Positions 56,178-64,000 of a stretch of DNA of 64,000 nucleotides are shown here, in pieces. The DNA comes from Paramecium tetraurelia (Eukaryota), in contig CT868662.1 of assembly GCA_000165425.1 (NCBI GenBank), forward strand, positions 62,001-126,000, in the 5' to 3' direction. A program made the position numbers and the translations under genes. Position 1 is the first letter of the stretch. Each line of letters opens with the position of its first letter. A model generated the notes under the pieces. The model had not been told where the DNA came from, ran no database searches, and saw nothing but the letters and a program-made list of their open reading frames with translations.

Positions 56178-57221
56178 TCATAAGGAAGTTCCTAAAATAG
56201 GACCAACAATAACCAAAATTAAAACCAGTCCAATCATAATGATACAGCACATTTTCTATAATGTATTTTTATTTGTATTTTTACCTTTCTAGCAGCTTAG
56301 TGATCCTTCTTGGCCTTCACCAATTGAGCCTCTCCTTTTTTAACGTAATCTCTTGCTTTTACCATGTTTTATTCTATATTATCAATCAATTCCCCTTGGT
56401 TCTTGACCAACACTGCCATATCCACTAAGAGTTGATACACCTATTGAACGCTCTTTAATAGTTAATATTTAAGTATACTCTCTCTAGCTTAACAATGTCT
56501 TGATATTTCTCCTGAATATCTTGAACAGCGTTTTATAATTGAATCGAGGCTTACCCATAGATTTTCTTTTGTAGTAGTTCTTGCATTTTCTACATCAAAT
56601 AAATCATACATTTGGATCATCACACAATTCATCAATTTGATTCTCATTTAGATTTGAATCTAAACAGCCTGCTTGTCTCTTTATTTTGTTCCTCATACTA
56701 TTTTGGAAATCTAATTGAGCCTTTTGACTCTCTTACAATACAGCCTAAGCTTTCAAGTTTACTGCAGCCCATATATCCATCTTCATTCTTGTTTCAGGCT
56801 CATCAGGATCCTTCTCCTTCGCCTCTTCCACATCTTGAGCTACTTATTCCATTAGTTTCTTCAATCTTTCTTATTATTGATTATTTTATGAGATAATCCT
56901 CTCCAACTTTGTGCTTACATCTTTAATATAATTTAATTCAATTATACCAACCTTTCTCAGCCTCTGATCTAGTTGCACTTGTATAGCTCTTCTTTAGTTC
57001 TTCAATTTTGGCGATATTGGACCTGATTGTCTCCAAAATTCGTTAAACCTCGTCCACATTCACTTTAAACAAAGGCATCAACTCATCATTATCATTAATC
57101 ACAATATTTTGATCATCACTCTATGCGTCATTTCCCATTTACTTTTGAATTGTTTGTTAGGTACTTATAATTAAATAGTTATTTACCCTGCTCCCTTAAT
57201 CTCAAATAAACAATCTTCCAT
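56178..57221 (-). CDS. Syntaxin (Qa-SNARE, plasma-membrane type)
   Basis: Habc region, SNARE motif VQDIQEKYQDIVKLER..QLLVDMAVLVKNQGELIDNIE, C-terminal TM CCIIMIGLVLILVIVGPIL. Confidence 0.92.
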
Positions 57222-57559
57222 TTTTTATTTATAATAATTTTATTATATTATTATTCAAAATTAAATATCAGCATAACTATCCTATCCCTTTTCATTCAAA
57301 CTTATCATATTTATTCAAAAATGAAAGAACCATTAATGTATAAATACCCAAATCCTAACAACATTTTTAAACTTATCTAAAATAATTATTTTTAAATATG
57401 AATCTAATTTTACTCAGTCCTTGATCATCCAATTTTTTGAGTGAAATGATCATCAAAAAGTCTCAAAAGATCCTTTGGCAAGAATTAATACTGTAGACTT
57501 TAATCTTATTTGTTAACTCATTTGAATAGTGGTTTTAAATAGACATTAATTATAAATAC

Positions 57560-59700
57560 ACCCAAAAATGGTAGTATCAATATATTGGAAAAATTTGTTA
57601 AAATTATAAGCAAAACACAATAAAATGAAATGGGCTAATTCTCATATCACGTTGAATATATGTCAAAAGGAAAATTAAAATTTTGATTGAACTTCCCTTA
57701 AACTGTTTCATAAACAATTCCTAAAATTGGATTCTCTATTCATGCTTGATTGATGAATTCAATAATGTTGATGATGAGACCCTGATTCCAAAATGAAAAT
57801 ATGGATAACATTTCCTGGTAAATATTATATTAAATAAACATTATAAAATGTTTATTGATATAAGTTGTTATGATCGTGCAACATTTTTAACCCGAAAGCC
57901 TCACAATTAATTTCAAAAGATATAAACTTATATTCTGATAAAAAGTAAAAGTAAGGTGAGTATTATGAGGAGTAACTTAATAAAAATAGAGATGATTTCT
58001 TTCTTAAAGCAAATAATTCTATTTAATAGTTAAAAGAATCAATTTATAAATACTTAAACAACTCTCTAAACTTATAAGAGATTAACTGTTCAAAGAATTT
58101 AACATTCGAAAAAATAAGAAAGAATTTATTATATTACATACACTAATAGAATAAGGAAAACAAATATCATAACAATAACAAGGTGATTTCTTAACGTTTA
58201 TCGATGATAATCTTTTTGATTTAATGATTATTTATTACTTTTAATATTATTCTTCCATTCTATCCAAAAAAACCAATCAAATTTGTCTTGTACTTTACCT
58301 TTTTCATTTCTATATAAACAAGAATATAAAGAGATTATTAATTTTTAAGTATTAAAATTGCAAATTTTAATTAATTCTGATTGCATAACATAATGGGAAT
58401 AACATTACCTCAATATAATTATTTTGAAATCTATTTCAAGAATATTTTACAATAAGATATGAAGCAATTTAATGAAAATAAATCTTTAATGTAGTAGAGA
58501 AAAATAAGAAAATTTGTTTTACTTTAAAATAGGATTCTAAATTCCATTTAGCTTAATATCAGAAGGCCTCTTCATTTCTTTAATCATTAATAAAGGGATA
58601 AACTTTATTCTTTCATTCTGCAACTTGAATATAAAATATTATTATTTTACATATGTAATTTCAATAGACTGCTGCATTCAAGGAATTGCTGCAAGGAGAA
58701 AATAAAACTTAAAAGAGTAATTTGATACGCTAAGTAAAAATGTTGGTCCATAAACCATCATTAGAACCAAAAATAAATCTAACTCATCGCAGTGTAGAAG
58801 AGCCTGCACAAAATAAATAGAGAAGCGGAGTTGCTCTTCCTATTTTGATATCAAAAAAACAATAATTTAATATAGATTCTGATAAGGCAAAGGATATTAT
58901 CAAAAACTTTAATATAAAACTTATTCGCTAAAGAGTGAGTTAAAATGAAAAAATCCACAGAAAATTATCATAGCATAATATTTAAAATACACAACCACTA
59001 AATCTCACTTTTGGACAAAATTTTCGCATCAAAACAAGACCAATTCTCTCAAGGTAAGATAACAGTGTAGATCTCCGAGACTCTCATTCAGCTAGTAGAG
59101 TAATGTCTCATTCATAAAAAAGATTAGTAAATAAACTATTTTAATGAATTATTATTAATTTATCATATCTATCTTTTCAAATTCTGTATTTGGTGCTTTG
59201 ATAGTATACTCATCTAAGCTTTCAATAATGTTGGATTGATATTATATTAATAATGACTAAATAATATTTATTTAAAGGTATTTTATTTTAAACAAATGAA
59301 TCAATAATGTTCCTCCTTCATCATATCAAAAATTAGAAATAACTGTATTTTTTATTTTTAATGGCTTTTTTGAATTATTGAAAGGAGATATCTTTTTAAC
59401 TCGAATTCATCTCATTGAATTAAACCCACATGCAAATATTTCGTTTCCAAAAATTGATGAAATAAATCAATAAATAGGTTTCTTTTTTTATTCCTTCAGT
59501 ATCTTTAACCATTATTTAACTTCAGCTTTTGTTGATTGAAAAAGCAATAATAATTCAGTAAATTAATTTGGCAAACTAATTATTTTTAATTCTTTTATCA
59601 TCTCTAACCTTCAAATAAGAATTTCTTGTCATTTTTTTTCATTTAAAGTTGTTTTTAATTCCAAAAAAGAGTAATACAACCTTAAATAATATTTTAATTT
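57560..59700. pseudogene. Possible decayed gene remnants
   Basis: Protein-like open stretches (e.g. 57877-58227, + strand) broken by in-frame TGAs, with no coherent start or splice model. Confidence 0.3.
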
Positions 59701-60077
59701 TGATAATTAATTATAAAAATGAATTTTTATAGGGACATAACCAAATAAGACTATGACATATTTAAAAACTATCGATTTGACCCATAAAGTGAATCAGATA
59801 AAGAGAAATTGTTATGTGTAGGATAAACTATTAGAAACTTGACAAAATTATGCCATTCTTAATGTTTTGATAAATCTCTATAATTCTCTGAAAAATGTGT
59901 TTCAACTTGTTTTAATAATTATTTTAATGCAATTGAGTATAGTGTGAAAAAGAGTAATGATAATCCGCAATGAATTGATGGCTTATATAATTATGAAATA
60001 TAGACAAATTATAATGTAATACAATAATTAGAATACATCTAAGAAATTAAATAAATTATTATCTAATTTGATTAATA

Positions 60078-61180
60078 TCAACTAAGTTATATTTCCTTTC
60101 CAATTAAGACCAGTCTTTTATTTTTGTATTTTAGCTTTGCAAAAGCTAGATATTCTTCATATTTTTAATCAATTTTATCAAAATCAAATTATTACTCAGG
60201 AATTTGGACAAGTGGTATTGAAGGATTGTTGATCTAGATGTCCTAAAGATTACAAAGTGGAGATATTGGATATTTAGTACCTTATTTTAGAATATTTTTT
60301 ACCATCTTCTTTATAAATGTTCTCAAAAGGAAGAAACCAAAAATACGAATAATTAAAAAACCATGCTATGTTAGATAGAGTACCTCTATCGAATAAGTTA
60401 ATATGTCTAGGAGGTCTATCACTTTGAATACAACAATTCCCATTTGAACCACTTTTCATTTATTCTAATGTCGTCTAATTGTTAAGGATTAATGAAGTAT
60501 GATAAAAGAATAAGAAGCATAACATAGCACATGTTGGATATAATACTAGACTTGTTAAACCCCAATAAATATAAAAGAAGGTAGATTGATGTGCAAAGAA
60601 GCCTTCACTGCTTCGAAACAAAAATCTAAAATAAACCCATGATGCATAGCTATATTACATGGCTCCAATCTAAATATATTTGAAAATTTATACAGTCATA
60701 TACATTGCAAAGAGATAAAAGGATCTATGATTTCTTAAACCTACGCAATTATGAATCCAAGGGCAATGGTGATCCATTTTTAATATGCATTTTCCACAAA
60801 GTGAACAATGATGAGTTCGTATAGGTTTCCATTGGTTACATTCAAGACAGGAATTAGTATTTTTATATAAAGGGTCAATTCTTCTATTATCTTAAATAGG
60901 GATAGCTTTATCTATAGTATTATTTTTTATTGTAATCGATTAGTAATATGACCACATAGCCAAGGAATAAGAAAGATAAACTAAAATTCCGCTTATTATT
61001 TAAGTTGTAGGATCCATTTTCAAATCGAAATACTAATCTTTTCATAATTGATACAAACTATTCTAAAATCACACAATTTGTTGGCATTAGTACAGTAAAA
61101 AATATAATAAAAGGTCCAGCTTAATGTTTAAATAATGCTCTCTTTTTCCGTCGTTGATTATGATCACTAGAATGAATCAT
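60078..61180 (-). CDS. DHHC palmitoyl S-acyltransferase
   Basis: [50 protein letters not shown] helices, several introns; start approximate. Confidence 0.93.
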
Positions 61181-61675
61181 TAATTGAAATTTTTATATTA
61201 ATTTTTTTAAATAAAAATCAAATATAAGTCTCTACTAAAATATCACTAAAAAGGGTAATCAAAATCCTTGCGAAGGAATAATGAATACTTCTTTTTTAAT
61301 CTTGACATTCTTCTTATTCCTATATAATTTTTCTAAATCAAAGAACCTTTTATCGAAATTTTTTTCCATTTTTCATTCGATCTGGGTTCCAAAATGAATT
61401 AAAAATCCAATCAAATATCACAGTTTAGAATATTTCCGTAACTTTAATGTAATTGATAAGTCATTTAGCATATAGTTTTAAAATTAAAATTTGTTTTATT
61501 TATAAAGTACTTTTCAATTTTATACCAGAAACATTTAATTATAAATAATCATTATTTTTATTCTTAATGCTAATTAAAATAATTATCAATAAATAATTGA
61601 CTTTCTATAAAAAAATTATATTACCCAAAAAATAATTGAATTTAAAAGGTTAAAACAAAACATAAATTTAAATAA

Positions 61676-62400
61676 ATGGAAAAAAGTTAGGTATTTCTTG
61701 AAGATGCAATGATTATAGAATTAAATTTTATAGATTATTTTGTTTAATTGAGATCATTTTTCATTTTCGATTGAAAAGCATTTGATGATCACTTTCTTCT
61801 GAAACTAATATAAAAGGTTATTAGCTTACCTTAGGATGAGCTTAATGATTTTGATTTCATGTAAAATTAAAATATTTATAATAGGAATTAAAATTTGTAT
61901 TCAAATTTTTAGAGAGTCTAGAATGAACAAAATTATTTGATATTAATTTGTTAGAAACTCTTTAGATGATCTAAAAATACATATAGATGAGTACAATAAT
62001 AAGTTTAAAAGAGATGAAAATTTGTTTGTCATTATATCAAAACATATATAAAGGTTATAGAATTCAAGCAATAAAATGTTATGTTATTTCAATAACATAT
62101 TAGCTCCTCATTTCTAGAATATTCAAAAGTGTTCCAGATTTGAAAATTGTATTAAAAAAAGTAAACAGTAATGATGAAGCTAAAATCAAAAATAGTTGGT
62201 AGAAATTGAACCTAATTGTCAAACAAGAAGATAAAATTGATCTGTTTAAATATTTTCTAGACCCATAAAAATCAACATAAATAATTTGATTTACGATATA
62301 GATTATGAAATAATGAATAAAATTAATACAACAATAAATAATTGAAAGTTAGTAAATTAAATTGAATATTTTCTGTTTATAGTAATAATTAGTGAAAAGG
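61676..62400 (+). pseudogene. Possible degenerate coiled-coil gene
   Basis: ATG followed by E/K/Q-rich fragments interrupted by TGAs; no intact model found. Confidence 0.25.
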
Positions 62401-62437
62401 TGTATCATTGATTATTTTCAATCTCTTTTTAATTAAT

Positions 62438-62797
62438 TCAAAATTCTTCCTCTATAGAGTTTGAGGAAATAGACTCATAACCTTAACTTGATAAAATTTC
62501 AGGGAATTTATTACCTAAAAAATTTATAAATTCTATACTTGAAGCATCTGTTGACGAAGGTATATAAATAGATGGATTAAAACTTTGTTAATCGAATTCA
62601 TTTCTCTAGAGATCAACTAAGTTAAACACCATACATTTTAAATCTGGTACTAAAACATAGTCTGAATTTGAAGAAATCCCTAATTGAGGGTCTTCTTCAA
62701 ATGGTTATATTAATTATCGAATATTATTTTGGAAGTACGCTTTCATATTTGTAACAATGTTAAAGTCTCTCTTGAATTGTTGTTGTGAATTGTTCAT
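62438..62797 (-). CDS. Small (~119 aa) hypothetical protein
   Basis: Open code-6 frame MNNSQQQFKRDFNIV.. to ..SIEEEF-TGA; possible in-frame 24-nt intron. Confidence 0.5.
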
Positions 62798-63666
62798 GAA
62801 TACAAAATATTAAATCTTATGTTTAAAATTATTAAAATCTTCAAACTTTTACATGATGTTTACAACCCGATATAACTGACAAATTGTTAGTAATAATTCA
62901 ATAGAAAACATATATTAAAAGGATAAGAAAATTTAATTAACCAACATTCTCATACTTTAAGTTGAGGTACTTATATAAAAGTTAAATATAATAATTCATT
63001 CTAATTGTTAGAGTAGAAATTGTTTGGCTTCTTAATTAATGTTGCGAATTTTTGAATTATAAAAAGAATTGCCCGCGTATCATAAATACATTAAAACTTA
63101 AGGAATATTATAATGATAATTATATTTCTGGTCATTTATTCATTGACTTGATTTTCAACATAAAAATCCCTTTTATTATTTTATATTTCTGCTTATTCTA
63201 TCAGGAATTCAGAGAGGATTAGCTTTCTATATATAATTTCAGGAAAAGAATGAGTGTAACAACATCGTATGTTAATTTAAAAAAATGTACATAATAATAG
63301 GTTTAGGAATTATAATTTGGTTTCTCTTTTAACAGCTCCATTAATAGGTTTATGACATGAGCATCACAATTATAATATCGATTTTGAGATTTCAATATCA
63401 TATATTTTTCGTTTCATTTATAAATTAGATTGAAACATAACATTTTATTAAAAAATTATATTAAAATTTAATTATCCAAATAACATAATTCATCTATATA
63501 ATTTTTTATAAAATTTAAAAGGTATCTATCGATTGCATTTTTAGAATCTTCTTTTCAAAGAAATAATAATAATAAATATGCTAATATTTTATTTAATCAT
63601 GATATAAAACAAAACAAAAATTTGCATAACTTTGTACCAAATTATATATTTAAAAAAAAAGTAAAC

Positions 63667-64000
63667 TCATTGAAATGATGAAAAATGTTCTACACGTAAT
63701 ACATTAGAATTGAATTTTTGAATTTGATGATTGTCTTTAAAATCTATCAATAATGTTTTGTCTTCAATTTATATTTTTAAATTATCTAGGTAATAAAACA
63801 GACAAACTTATTTTTCTAATTCCTATTCAAGTGATTGTTCTATATTTAGGTTAGATTCACCTTCTAAACCCTCTTGCTGCTTTAAATTCATATTTGATAA
63901 TTCTCCTTAGGGGAACTTAGGATAATCTATTTATTCTTACTATTAAATTAGCAAAATGAGAGCTGTCTTTTTGATCTAATAATCCATATTTATCAATTAG
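63667..64000 (-). CDS. 3' end of an uncharacterised gene entering from beyond the window
   Basis: Open code-6 frame with a probable 25-nt intron, ending ..HFSSFQ-TGA. Confidence 0.45.

Overview
Very AT-rich, gene-dense ciliate DNA, almost certainly Paramecium with macronuclear-type organisation. TAA/TAG read as Gln, TGA is the only stop, and genes carry tiny (~22-34 nt) GT..AG introns, so the supplied standard-code ORF track fragments or misses most genes. Re-reading in translation table 6 gives about 30 protein genes. These include three large PAS-domain multi-TM (TmcB/C-like) proteins, GFAT, CAMK-like and NEK kinases, aspartate aminotransferase, class I aldolase, a sarcosine-oxidase-family flavoprotein, an HSL-family lipase, LITAF, an EGF-TM-RING E3, a RING-CH/MARCH-like protein, an epiplasmin, a DUSP, an MFSD1-like transporter, a CypE-like RRM protein, a syntaxin and a DHHC palmitoyltransferase. 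RNA genes are one tRNA-Trp(CCA) and a compact stand-alone U14 (SNORD14)-like box C/D snoRNA. The most notable items are the minimal U14 whose domain A sits in a hairpin, a tandem pair of putatively acylated microproteins sharing NPILNRRL, a GFAT with a 21-aa leader before the catalytic Cys, a small GILK+RVxF candidate PP1 regulator, and very short intergenic spacers. Gene boundaries were read by eye; exon structures were only partly resolved.
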